From contig NC_057718.1 in assembly GCF_004010195.1 (NCBI RefSeq), forward strand, positions 18,375,689 to 18,439,688: 64,000 bases of DNA, written 5' to 3'. Made by a program: the position numbers and the translations under genes. Under the pieces are notes generated by a model. It saw only the letters and a list, made by a program, of their open reading frames with translations, did no database searches and had not been told where the DNA came from. Of this stretch, positions 26,395 to 37,608 are shown one piece after another; position 1 is the first letter of the stretch; each line of letters opens with the position of its first letter. The stretch is from Chiloscyllium plagiosum. Its lineage: Eukaryota.

Positions 26395-27590
26395 AGAGTT
26401 TCAGGAGCTGGAACAACAGGAGTCCCCCAGACAACCACAGCAGCGATAGACCGGAAGATTGCACTATGGTGCTATGACATGGGCACTGCTTCCCTGAATG
26501 AGACATGTCAGGCAGGAGGAAGTCACCTCAAAGAACAAGGTGACAGATACACCTTCTTCTACATGGCTGAATCAAACAAGGAATGTTGACTCTATGGGTT
26601 TGGCTTTGCCAATAGAAACAGACTAGTTGACTGTCTCAGTGACATTCCAGCTATAGAGAGGCAGTGAGCGATCCCTTCGAGGATATCCTCAGCCAAGACT
26701 CGGTCCTTGATGTCTATATCGTCAACCACATCCCACAGCATGCTACCCGCAATCATCTCCGTACAAAATACAGCCTGGCCAGAGGTTGAAAAGACTAGCC
26801 AACAGCTGCTGATGCCGATGGAATACAGTGGAGATACACTCTAAGTTCAAATACACAAACTTATCTTCCTCATCTAGAAGGAAGCTCTGAAATGCTATAA
26901 TTTTGACTATTTTCAAGAAAGGAGACAAGACCAGTTGTGGTAACTACAGTGAGTTGCCCCTGATGACCTGGGAAGGTCATTACAAGAATGTTCCTCATTC
27001 TCCTCCTTCAAGATGCTGAAGAGCTCCTTGCAGAGTTTTACTGCCGATTCCATTCAGCAAAATCCAGAATGGACAAGTCTCAGAAAAATACAGAGAGCAG
27101 CAGCAACCAATTTGCATGACCACCTTTGGCCTCAGAAAGGACTTTGATGCTACTAACTGGGAAAGGTTATGGAGTGTCTTCCTCAATCTTGGTTTAGATT
27201 AGATTAGATTAGATTCCCTACAGTGTGGAAACAGGCCCTTCGACCCAACAAGTCCACACCGAGCCTCTGAGGAGTAACCCACCCAGACCTATTTCCCTCT
27301 GACTAATGCACCTAACACTATAGGCAATTTAGAATGGCCAATTCACATGACCTGCACATCTTTGGACTGTGTGAGGAAACCGGAGCACCCGGAGGAAACC
27401 CAAGCAGACACGAGGAGAACGTGCAAACTCCACACAGATAGTCACCCAAGGCTGGAATCGAACCCGGGTCCCTGGTGCTGTAAGGTAGCAGTGCTAACCA
27501 TGGGCTACCAACATAAACTTGTCACCGTCTTCTACCTGCCGCACAGCAGCATGCAAACCATGACCGTCACCAATGGATCCACAGACAATT
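26395..27590 (+). mobile_element. Old RTE-clade LINE (endonuclease + RT remnants, internally deleted), split by an HE1 SINE
   Basis: ASLNETCQAGGSHLKEQGDRYTFF..GFGFANRNRL (EN); AIILTIFKKGDKTSCGNY, EKYREQQQP..RKDFDATNWERLW..LG, then GYQHKLVTVFYLPHSSMQ..TNGSTD (RT). Confidence 0.8.
27194..27500 (-). mobile_element. HE1-like V-SINE (5' end clipped) nested in the RTE
   Basis: (ttaga)n tail; ggaatcgaacccgggtccctggtgctg...gcagtgctaacca. Confidence 0.9.
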
Positions 27591-27720
27591 ATTGATTCAT
27601 CATCTAATGTAATGGCACTGAATGACTGTTCAGGCATCTGAGTTACAATTTACAATTACCATTGGGAGGAGATAATCAGTAGCAGATTTCCTTAACTTTG
27701 TTTGACCAGATCCGACAAGG

Positions 27721-27909
27721 CAAAAGTGAGGACTGCAGCTGCTGGAGATCAGAGTCAAAATGTGTGGTGCTGAAAAAGCACAGCAGGTCAGGCAGCATCC
27801 AAGGAGCAGGAGAGTCAACGTTGAAGAGCTTATGCTCGAAACATCGACTCTCCTGCTCCTCGGATGCTGCCTGACCGGCTGTGCTTTTCCAGCGCTACAT
27901 ATTTTGACT
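27721..27909. mobile_element. Fold-back (hairpin) mini-PLE, family A
   Basis: ~70-bp inverted arms around aacgttgaagagcttatgctcgaaacatc; degenerate 14-bp TSD cagatccgacaagg (27707-20) / cagatgccacaagg (27910-23). Confidence 0.85.
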
Positions 27910-28149
27910 CAGATGCCACAAGGTTACATAGGCAGCTGGGTCAATATTGAGAGCATCAAGTGTAACTCCCTCCCAACCATGAACCACTGCATCCCCACCT
28001 CTGATGGCTATATTCTGATGGTGGGACAGGACATATCCAGGGATGCTAATGGTTAAATTTGGGATATTTTAAGATAAAATTCCATGAGTATGACCACAAT
28101 AGCCATGTCTTAATTATATGGCTTTAGAAATACTGAAGGTCCAATCTTA

Positions 28150-28750
28150 CACAGAAACCAAACTGTGCAATTTCAAAGATGATGCAGCAGCAGAAAGACA
28201 TAGGAGAGTTCACCTACAGATGACAGAGAAAACTCTATTGATAAGGCTGTTACAAAAAATGAGTTCCTGTGCATTATTAGGAGAGTATAAGGGATAAGAG
28301 CACTTCAGTGAAGCTGCCAATGCGTTAGAGAGGAGAAAGAGAATGATTGTGAGCATATAGCTTCAATTGTATAAAGAGACTAGGAATGTAAGATCTTTCT
28401 CATAGGTTCGGGGAGATTGAGCAGATATATTCAGCTATGTCAGGCTCTGCTTCAGTAAATAAAGGGAAGTAGTTTCCATGGCAGGAGGTCCAGTAACCAA
28501 AAGACTCAAATGTAATTACCAAAAAAGATCAGGGAGAAGATTAGGAGATTTATTTTGAGCAGGGAATTGTTATGAGCTGGAGTAAACTCCATGAGAAGGT
28601 TGTAAGAATAGATGCAATACTATTCAAACCAGAAAATAAAGGTATTAAATATTGGAGGATTCTGGGGCAAATGATTAACTTTTTTGGTCTTCTAAAGAGC
28701 CAGGAGGAAGGAAGTTGACTGAGTGGCCATCTTGTCTGCTGTCTGGTAGA
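28150..28750 (+). mobile_element. Highly degenerate CR1 3' fragment
   Basis: aggagaaagagaatga...agtttccatggcaggaggtccagtaaccaaaagactc...gttatgagctggagtaaactcc. Confidence 0.5.
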
Positions 28751-28804
28751 TGATTTTTTGAATATTAATGCTATCACCAACATTAACAGATACCAAGTGT
28801 GCGA

Positions 28805-29365
28805 GGAATGGTAGTATCACTGTGCTAACAATGTAATCCTGAAGATTAGAGTGGTGCTGGAAAAGCACAGCAGGTCAGGCAGCATCCGAGGAGCAGGAGA
28901 GTCGATGTTTCAAGCATAAGCTCTTCAATATTGACTCTCCTGCTCCTCGGATGCTGCCTGACCTGCTGTGCTTTTTCAGCACCACACTTTTTGACTCTGA
29001 TCTCCAGCATCTGCAGTCCTCACTTTCGCCAATGTAATCCTGAAACCCATTCTAATATCCTGGAAATATCTGCAGAAATCCCACCAGGCCAGTTGGCAGA
29101 TTGGAAATTTAATAAATAAAGCCTGGAATTAGTGATAGTGACTGTCCTAGTCCTAAAATTCCAACTGGTTCACTAACAACCTTTAAGGAGGGAAATCTTC
29201 CATCCTTACCCATTCCAGTCTCCATGTGACTCCAGACTCCACAATAGTGTGGTCGATTTTTAAAGTTCCCTCTGAAATGATCCAGCAAGGTATCTAGTTA
29301 AAGGACAATCAGAGATGGGCAGAACATGCTGGCCTTGCCAGCTACACTCAAATCCTCCTGAAAAG
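28805..29365 (+). mobile_element. tRNA-type SINE (family X), split by a hairpin mini-PLE
   Basis: gtagtatcact...aatcc|...aaatcccacc...ctggttcactaac...ggaaatcttccatccttacc...gatgggcagaacatgctggccttgccag. Confidence 0.7.
28844..29029. mobile_element. Fold-back (hairpin) mini-PLE, family A, opposite orientation to the 27721 copy
   Basis: Inverted arms gtggtgctgg...gagagtc / gactctc...cagcaccac; exact 15-bp TSD caatgtaatcctgaa (28829-43, 29030-44). Confidence 0.9.
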
Positions 29366-29645
29366 AACAAAGGTACAACAATGCCAGTCCCCTCAGTAGC
29401 AAGAATAATATCTGTGTCATCAGTAACAATCAAGAATGGAGCTTGTAATCAACCTAAGATGTTGTTGCAAGCTTTAGCGTCAACCTTTCAACCAGCATCT
29501 TGCCCTTGGGGTATCAACCAAACAGATTCATGGGAAAATCAGTGTAAGGCTCTCCTCTTCCTCAGTGAAATGCCAATCCTCAGCCTTTTTTGCAGATTCA
29601 GTCATGCACCCTGGGCTAGTATAAGGAAATAATATCACTACCTGT

Positions 29646-29976
29646 TACGCACGGTGGCTCAATAGTTAACATTGCTACCTCACAGCGCCAGGGACCCAGG
29701 TTCAATTCCACCCTCGGGTGACTGTGTGGAGTTTGCACCTTCTCTCCATGTCTGTGTGGGTTTTCTCTGGGTGCATCAGTTTCCTCCCACAGTCCAAAGA
29801 TGTGCAGGGTAGGTGCATTGGCCATGTTAAATTGCCCATTGGGTCCAGGTATGTGTAGGTTAGGTGGATTAGCCATGGGGGGGCTGGGTGGGTCTGGGGG
29901 AGATGTTTTTCAGAGGGTCAGTGTGGAATGAATGGGATGACTGGCCTGCTTCCACACTGTAGAGATTCTATGATTC
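29646..29976 (+). mobile_element. HE1-like V-SINE, full length
   Basis: gcacggtggctcaatagttaacattgctacctcacagcgccagggacccaggttcaattcc (A/B boxes) ... gattctatgattcta tail. Confidence 0.9.
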
Positions 29977-30450
29977 TACCTCCTTAAGATTTGTTTGTTT
30001 TTGGGCAGAGCTTGTGGAATATGGAATGCATTGCCACCAATAATTAACGATGTGAAGAGATCGAAAGGAAGATGTCATTGTATTTGTTCATTGGATGTTA
30101 GTGTTATTGCCTGGACCAATATTTGTTGTCTATTGGTAGTTATAGTTCAGGGGGTAGTGGCTGGTCTTCTTGAACTGCTGCAATCCACATCGTATAGACA
30201 CAGAGAGAGAATTCCAGCTTTCTGACCCAGCAATAGTAAAGGAACAGCACAACTATTTCCTAGTTGTGATGTTTTGTGACTTGGAGGGCAACTTGCAAGT
30301 GGTGTCCCCATGCTACCTTGTCCTTTCTAGGTAGTAGAGATCATGCGGGGTCTCTACACAGCAAAAACAACAGCTTGTCTGAACAGAATAGACTCCATGT
30401 AGTATGAAATCTACATCAATGTACTATATTGTGAATAAGTAAGGATGCCC

Positions 30451-30601
30451 CTCCCCCAAGTCCCTCCTCCCTACCTTTTATCTTAGCCTGCTGGACACAC
30501 CTTCCTCATTCCTGAAGAAGGGCTTATGCCCGAAACGTCGATTCTCCTGTTCCTTGGATGCTGCCTGACCTGCTGCACTTTTCCAGCAACACATTTTCAG
30601 C
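30451..30601 (+). mobile_element. Solo PLE terminal repeat (family A) with intact hammerhead
   Basis: 17-bp TSD with one mismatch: aataagtaaggatgccc (30434-50) / aataagaaaggatgccc (30602-18). Confidence 0.9.
30508..30543 (+). ncRNA. Minimal type I (short stem III) hammerhead ribozyme motif, intact core
   Basis: AUUC-CUGAAGA-A-GGGC-UUAU-GCCC-GAAA-CG-UC^GAUU; predicted cleavage after 30539; stem I weak (C-G, U-A, U.U, A-U). Confidence 0.7.
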
Positions 30602-30649
30602 AATAAGAAAGGATGCCCAGGATTAGCACTGTGAAATGTTCCTGCTCAG

Positions 30650-31165
30650 TCCCAAGCCTGATCCCGAGCTTTCAGTTGCTTGCCATTATAATTTACAGCT
30701 CTAATCCCATGCTCTTCTTTCTGTCCTTGACCTGCTGGAGGGTAGATGAACAGCAGCTTGAGGAGCAGCACCTCACCTTCCAATTAAGCACCTTCTGGAC
30801 ATAGCACTGAGCTCAGCAATTTTAGACCATAACTCAGTGTCCCATTTTGATTATCTCTTTTACTACTTGGTGGTTTTCACTTTGTTTTTCATGTTTTGTT
30901 TTCAGACAGAGCGGTTCGTTATCCTGGCATGTACATTCTCTCTGGACAAATGCTACATTTCTTTATTAAACCTATTACCACTCGCCTTGCCTTCTGTTTC
31001 ACCACATTTTTACCTCCCTCCCTTCCTATCCTGTCTCAGACCATCCCTTTTGTTCTTCACCTGTCTCCTATCACAACTTGAAAAATGGTAGGCTTTTTCT
31101 CTCAGCACATACTGCAGGACCAGCTGAGAACTACTGAGTATTCCTAGCACATTTGTTTTTATTAA
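30650..31165 (+). mobile_element. Old PLE 3' remnant (GIY-YIG C-terminus + terminal repeat)
   Basis: ELSVACHYN and QQLEEQHLTFQLSTF resemble PLE PVA.HFN / RKLEEQHLIFRLGTL; decayed tail at ~31095-31165. Confidence 0.6.
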
Positions 31166-31245
31166 TATTTTCTCTTGTATTGTTGCAATGTAGTATGCCT
31201 GCAATTATCCCTGGACTCAGAAGATAGAAAACATTATTGTTTACA

Positions 31246-31388
31246 CAATAAAAACTGAAAGAAACGTGGATGCTGTAAACCAGAAACAAAGCCATAAATT
31301 GCTGGAAAAACTCAGTAGATCTGGCAGCATCTGTGGAGAGAAATCAGAGTTAACATTTCAGGTTGAGCGACCCTTCCTCAGAACTGAT
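31246..31388 (-). mobile_element. Solo PLE terminal repeat (family B) with hammerhead motif
   Basis: Minus strand AGTT-CTGAGGA-A-GGGTC-GCTC-AACCT-GAAA-TG-TT-AACT (4-bp stem I). Confidence 0.8.
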
Positions 31389-31527
31389 GTAATTTTACTA
31401 ACTTCTTGGCCTGTCTTCCCATCTTAGTAGTCAAAAAAACTCAAACTTTATTCAGCAATAAATTTGAAACTGGAAAATGTAAAGTATTTTTCCTTTCTAA
31501 AGAGGGATAGCGTGTTGATATTTCCAA

Positions 31528-31657
31528 GGGAGAAAGTGAGGTCTGCAGGTGCTGGAGATCAAAGTCAAGAGCATGTTGCTGGAAAAGCACAGCAGGTCAG
31601 GCAGCATCCAAAGAGCAGGAGAATTGACCTTTCAGGCCAGAGCCCTTCATCAGGAAT
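31528..31657 (-). mobile_element. Solo PLE terminal repeat (family A) with partly decayed hammerhead
   Basis: Minus strand ATTC-CTGATGA-A-GGGC-TCTG-GCCT-GAAA-GG-TC-AATT; tgatattt at both flanks. Confidence 0.8.
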
Positions 31658-32014
31658 GATATTTTCTGTCATGCCTTCCTTAGTTGAGCACTATATTGTC
31701 CTTAAAGACAAAAATCTACACATTTTGTCATAAATAAATCAGTATGTTTGATCAGCTACTTCTAAATGGGTGTGGGGTTTATAACAGGGTCAAATTGTGT
31801 CTGAAAGTATTCTTCCTTGCAGACAGGGATGCATAGTCTACGCTTGTTTTTTCGCAAGTATGAAATATTAAAGGGTTAAATATTCAGGGACTTAAGGTGG
31901 TTTAAGTTTGCAATAGGATAGATGGAAAAGAACTATTTCATCCAGAAAAGGAGGATATAACCTTAAAAAAGCGTGCTTGCTCATGCACAGGAGATGTCTA
32001 GCAGTACTTTTAAA

Positions 32015-32375
32015 AAATGTATTCATTCATGGAATGTAGGTGTTGCTGGAAAGACTGGAATTTGTTGTCCATTCCTAATTGCCCTTGAACTAATAGTCTT
32101 TGTAGTTAATTTCAGAGGACATTGAAGAGCCACCCACATTACTGTGAGTTTGAATTACCTGTAGGCCACATGAGGTAAAGGTGGCAGATTTCCATCTCAC
32201 AAGAGCGTCAGTGAACCAGATGGATTTTTACATCAGTCTGGGATTTTTAACCTGGTTGTCATTATCGAGATGAACTTTCACATTCCAAATTTATTAGTCG
32301 CATTTAAATTCAACCTGCTGTTGTGATGGGATTTGAGTTTGGGTCACCACAGCATTAAGCTAGACCTCTGGGTAT
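32015..32375 (-). mobile_element. tRNA-type SINE (family X)
   Basis: attcattcatggaatgtaggtgttgctgg...ggcagatttcc...agtgaaccagatgg...atgggatttgag. Confidence 0.65.
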
Positions 32376-32377
32376 TC

Positions 32378-34630
32378 TCATAGAATCTGACAGCATGGAG
32401 ACAGGCCCTTTGGCCCAGACTGGTCCATGCCAACCAAAATGCTAACCCCATTTTCCTGCACTTGGCCCCTATCCTTCTAGACCTTTCCTATTCATGTATT
32501 TGTCCAAATGCCCTTTAAATGTTGTTAATGTACCTGCTTCAACAACTTCCGCTGGCAGCTTATTCCATATACGTACGACTTTCTGTGTAAAAAGGTTATC
32601 CCTCAGGTTTCCTTTTATTCTTTCCCCTCTAACCTTAAACTGAGGGTGGTGCGTGTATGGAATGAGCTGCCAGAGGAAGTGGTGGAGGCTGGTACAATTG
32701 CAACATTTAAAAGGCATCTGGATGGGTATACGAATAGGAAGGGGGTGGAGGGATATGGGCCGGGTGCTGGCAGGTGGGACTAGATTGGGTTGGGATATCT
32801 GGTCCGGCATGGACGAGTTGGACTGAAGGGTCTGTTTCCATGCTGTACATCTCTATGACTCTATAACTCTATGATGCCCTCTAGTCCTTGACTGCCCAAC
32901 CCTGGGAAAAAGGCTGAGTGCATTCACCCTATCCATGCCTCTCATGATGTTATACAATTCTATAAGATTCCCCCTCAGTCTCCTACACTCTAAAGAAAGA
33001 TGTCCTAGTTGGTCCAACCTCTCCCTATAACTCAAACTGTTTAATCCTGGCAACATCCTTGTAAATTTCTTTGATATTCTTTCCAGTTTAATAACATCTT
33101 TCCTATAGCAAGGTGACCAAAACTGAACACAATACTCTAAGTGCGGCCTCACCAATGTCCTGTACAATTTCAACATAACTCCCCAATTTCTATACTCAGT
33201 GCCCTGACTGAAGACCAGTGTGCCAAAAGCCTTCTTCACTGCCCTATCTACCTCTGACTCCACTTTCAGAGAACCAGGCACATGAACTACAAGGTCTCTC
33301 TGTTCCACTACACTCCTTAGAATCCTACCATTCAGCCTGAAATTCCTACTTTGATTTGACTTTCCAAAATGCAAGACCTCACGCTTATCTGTATTAAATT
33401 CCATTTGCCATTTCTCAGACCACTTCCCCAGCTGATCAAGGTCCTGCTGCAATTTCTGATAACCTTCCTCACTGTCCACTATACCGCCTATTTTAGTGTC
33501 ATCTGTAACTTACTAATCATGCCTCGTACATTCTCATCCAAATCATTGATTTAAATAACAAACAGCAATGGGCCCAGCGCTGACCCTTGAGGCACTCCAC
33601 TCGTCACAGGCCTCCAGTCCGACAAGCATCCTTCCACTATTACCCTCTGCTTCCTACCATCAAGCCAATTGTGTACCCAATTTGCCAGTTCCCCCTGGAT
33701 TCAATGCAATATAACTGTCTAAAGCAGCCTGCCATGTGGAACGTTATCAAAGGCCTTACTGAAATCCATATCGACTACATTTACCACCCTGCTCTTATCA
33801 ACCCTCCTGGTCATTTCATCAAAGAGCTCTAACAAATTTGTGAGGCATGATCTCCCATGCACAAAGCCATGCTGACTACTCCTAATCAAACCTTATCTTT
33901 CCAAATACATGTATATCTTATCCCTCAGAATCTTCACAAGTAATGTATTCAGCTTACTGGCCTATAGTTCCCAGGTTTTCTTTGCCGCCCTTCTTGAATA
34001 AGGGAACAACAGTCTTCTGGGACCTCACCCGTGGCTAACAATGATGCAAAAATATAAGCCAGGGCCCCCCACCCCAATTTCTTCTCTAGCCTCTTGCAGT
34101 GCCCTTGGATATATCTGGTCAGGACCAGGACATCATTCAAATACATCCAATACCTCCTCTACTGTAATATGGACTGTTCTGAAGATGCAATCACTAACTT
34201 CCCCAAGTTCCCAAGTCTTCAGATCTTTGTCCACGGTAAACACAGAAGAGAAATATTCATTGTGGACCTCGCCCATCTCCTGCATTTCTGCACATACATG
34301 ACCCCTTGAGGGGTCCTATTCTCTCTTTTAGTTATTCTTTTTCCTTTAATATACTTAAAGGACCTTTTTTGATTCACCCTAATCTTCTCAGCCAAGGCTA
34401 TCTCATGCCCTCTTTTCTCTTTCCTGATTTCCTTCCTCAGTAAACTCCTGTATCCCCTATGTCTCTCCAGGGATTCCCTTGATCCCAGCTGCCTGTACCT
34501 GGGCCATTCCTCCTTTTTTCTGGTCAAAGCCTCAATATCTCTTCTCACCCAGGGTTCCCTATTCCTGTCAATCTTGCCTTTCACCCTCACAGGAACATAT
34601 AGACCTTGAACTCTAGTTATCTCACTTTTA
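32378..34630 (-). mobile_element. CR1 LINE, 5'-truncated, with RT remnants
   Basis: ORF 32853-33479 (KLQQDLDQLGKWSEKWQMEFN...LYRTLVRPHLEYCVQFWSP); PGNYRPVS. Confidence 0.95.
32641..32872 (+). mobile_element. Young CR1 3' end inserted antisense into the CR1 above
   Basis: gagggtggtgcgtgtatggaatgagctgcc...ctctatgactctataactctatga; CpGs retained. Confidence 0.9.
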
Positions 34631-34919
34631 TATTTCCTGTCATATAACCGCTCTGTCACCATTGTCCCAGCACCATCTTTAAACAGGGGTAGTGGAAATC
34701 TCAACCTTGATCCCCAACAAGGTGTGGAGGCCAAATCAATTGAAAATGACAAGACTGGGATTGAGTGACTTTGGTTAGATAAGAATTTGAGGGGATTTCA
34801 AAGCAAAACAGATAAAATAGGGTTAAGTAACAGATTTACCACACTCCAATGGGATATCAGAGCAGGATCAGTGGTGCTGGAAGAGCACAGCAATTCAGGC
34901 AGCATCCGAAGACAGGCAA

Positions 34920-34955
34920 AATCGACGTTTCGGGCAAAAGCCCTTCATCAGGAAT
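34920..34955 (-). ncRNA. Minimal type I hammerhead ribozyme motif, intact core, in the PLE 3' terminal repeat
   Basis: AUUC-CUGAUGA-A-GGGC-UUUU-GCCC-GAAA-CG-UC^GAUU. Confidence 0.72.
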
Positions 34956-35250
34956 AAAGGCAGAGAGCCTGAAGCGTGGAGAGATAAGCTAGAGGAGGGG
35001 GGGGGTGGGGAGAGAGTGGCATAGAGTACAATAGGTCAGTGGGGAAGGAGATGAAGGTGATAGGTCAGGGAGGAGAGGGTGGAGTGGATAGGTGGAAAAG
35101 GAGCTGGGCAGGTCGGACAAGTCCGGACAGGTCAGGGGATCGAGTTTCTGAAGGTTAGAAGCTAGGATGAGGTGGGGGAAGGGGAAATGAGGAAACTGTT
35201 AAAATCCACATTGATGCCCTGGGGTTGAAGTGTTCCAAGGCGGAAGATGA

Positions 35251-35442
35251 NNNNNNNNNNNNNNNNNNNNNNNNNNNNNNNNNNNNNNNNNNNNNNNNNN
35301 NNNNNNNNNNNNNNNNNNNNNNNNNNNNNNNNNNNNNNNNNNNNNNNNNNNNNNNNNNNNNNNNNNNNNNNNNNNNNNNNNNNNNNNNNNNNNNNNNNNN
35401 NNNNNNNNNNNNNNNNNNNNNNNNNNNNNNNNNNNNNNNNNN
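35251..35442. other. Assembly gap (192 N)
   Basis: Run of N. Confidence 1.
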
Positions 35443-36081
35443 GAGGGGTGGGGAGGGAAATATATCCCTGGTGGTGGGGTCTGTTTGGAGGTGGCGGAAA
35501 TGTCGGCGGATGATTTGGTTTATGCGAAGGTTGGTAGGGTGGAAGGTGAGCACCAGGGGCGTTCTGTCAGAGCAGGCTTGAGTTCAATGTTCGACATTCA
35601 TTTGTATGTTCCTGATACAAATCACTATAATGTGACATCAAATTAGCAAAATTGTTCAGAGGGACGAAAGCAATTGGTGTTAGGAGGAGTGCTATTATTT
35701 GTACTATGCCGTTAAAGAGGTTCTTGTAATTCCAAAGTGCATCTAGTGGTTACAATTGATATTGTAAATTATTTAACATGATATTGATGTTTCAACTGCA
35801 TTCCCTTGTCAGTGTACCTTCGTGACAGCACTCATGACTCAAACTCACAAAATAGCATGCTTCTTTCCTTCTCTATGTGTTTGATATCATCAGCCAGAGG
35901 AACACCCCAGGCAAAGGGATACTGCCCTGTTGGAGTCACCCTTAAGTTGAAGCATGGAACAGCTCTCCTGTTTATTTGATCCATTGTTAATTGACAATTC
36001 CATAGCAGTCTTCAAAGAAGAAAAGAATCTTATTTTCCATTCTCCTGCCAACTTTCTATGAAGCTACCACAAAACACATGA

Positions 36082-37608
36082 CACCAGGTTATAGGCCAAG
36101 AGGTTAATTTGGAAGCACTAGCTGCTCGTACATCAGGTGGTTATGGAGTATAAGATCATAAGACAGAATTTATAGCAAAAGTTTACATGTGGTGTAACTG
36201 AAATTATATATTGAAAAGGCCTGGATTGTTTGTTAAGTCTTTCATCCTATAGAATGAACATGTTGGTTTCAGTTCTTTCATATGTAAATCGCAGAACTTT
36301 TTTGTTACATTCTCAAGTGAACTTTAACAATTGGTGTCATGTCAGCTCAGATAATGCATTGAAGGTGTGAGGTGCCCTGTGTGAGACTGTCTGTGCCATA
36401 ATGTTCAAACTGATTCTAATCTGAAAAACAGATTTACAGAATCTTACATGAATTCATGCAGTTTTTGAGCAAAATAACATGTAATTCTGCAAGCACAAAT
36501 TCACCCACAAACTTATATGTGGGTGTGTGCATGGAGAGGGGGAGGTTATAAGTGTCTGTGAGAGATTGTGTGTATGTATGTGAGTGTAAATGTGGGTGCA
36601 AAGGGGTATAAATCTGTGAGAGAGTATGTGTGTGCATGTAAGAGAAAAAGTCTGCATGAGTGTGTGTGTGTGTCTGTGTTTTGTGTGTCTGTGTGTCTGT
36701 TTGTGTGTGTAGTGAGTGGAGTCACCTGTAGTGTGACATGAGCCCAAGGTCCCAGTTGAGGCCATCCCCATGGGTACTGAACTTAGCTGTCAGCGTCTGC
36801 TTGGCCACTTTGCATTGTTGCCTATCCTGAAGGACAGTCATCTGAAGGTCCAAGATCAAGCGTCCCGGACTACAGAAGTGTTCTCCGATTGGGAGGGAAC
36901 ACTCCTGTCTGTTGATTGTGGTGCGGTGTCCATTCATCCGTTTCCGTAGCCTCTACTCAGTCTTGCCAATGTACCATGCCTTGGGGCATCCTTGCCTGCA
37001 GCGTATGAGATAGGCAATGTTGGTTAAGTCACTTGAGAACCTGCCACGTACATGGTGGGAGGTGTCACCATGCGTAATGGTTGTATCCGTGTCGACACTC
37101 TGAACACGTCTTGCAGCGTTTACCGTGACAAGGTTGTCCTGAAAGCCAGGCAGCTTGCTACGAACAATGATCTCTTTGAGGTTTGGTTGTTACTTAAAGG
37201 AGAGGAGCTCATCATCATCGATAACGTGTTGCAGGCCACGAACAACCTGGTGTAGTTTTTCAGCTCCTGGGAGGTACTGGACAACGAAGGGTACCCTCTC
37301 GGTTGCAGCTTGTGTCTGTCTCCTGAGGAGGGCATTACAGTTTCTCGCTGTAGCACGTCGGAACTGGCAATTGATGTGTTGAGCATCGTACACTGTTCTT
37401 ATGTGGGCATCCTTGATCACTTCCAGGTTACATCACACTGTAAACTTTTGCTATAAATTCTGTGTTTTACGATCTTATACTCCACAACCACCTGATGAAG
37501 GAGCAGCGTTCCAAAAGCTATTGCTTCCAAATAAACCTGCTGGACTATAACCTGGTGTGGTGTGATTTTTGACTTTGTCCCCCCAAGTTCAACACTGCCA
37601 TCTCCAAA
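36082..37608 (-). mobile_element. 5'-truncated Penelope-like element with an inverted terminal repeat (family C)
   Basis: CHGKRCKTC..., NIAYLIRCRQGCPKAWYIGKTE*RLRKRMNGHR (GIY-YIG); 36082-36200 inverted against 37427-37557; 13-bp TSD acaaaacacatga (36069-81, 37609-21); TG-rich UTR 36520-36715. Confidence 0.92.

Larger units (their letters stand above)
34867..35566 (-). mobile_element. Young 5'-truncated Penelope-like element (Neptune-like), spanning an assembly gap
   Basis: RTPLVLTFHPTNLRINQIIRRHFRHLQTDP..FPSPPL (RT thumb region) and IFRLGTLQPQGINVDFNSF (GIY-YIG C-terminus); 10-bp TSD tcagagcagg (34857-66, 35567-76). Confidence 0.9.

Noticed and set aside
35225..35581. Plus-strand ORFs spanning the N run
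   Set aside because: Artefacts of the assembly gap; the coding sense is the minus-strand PLE
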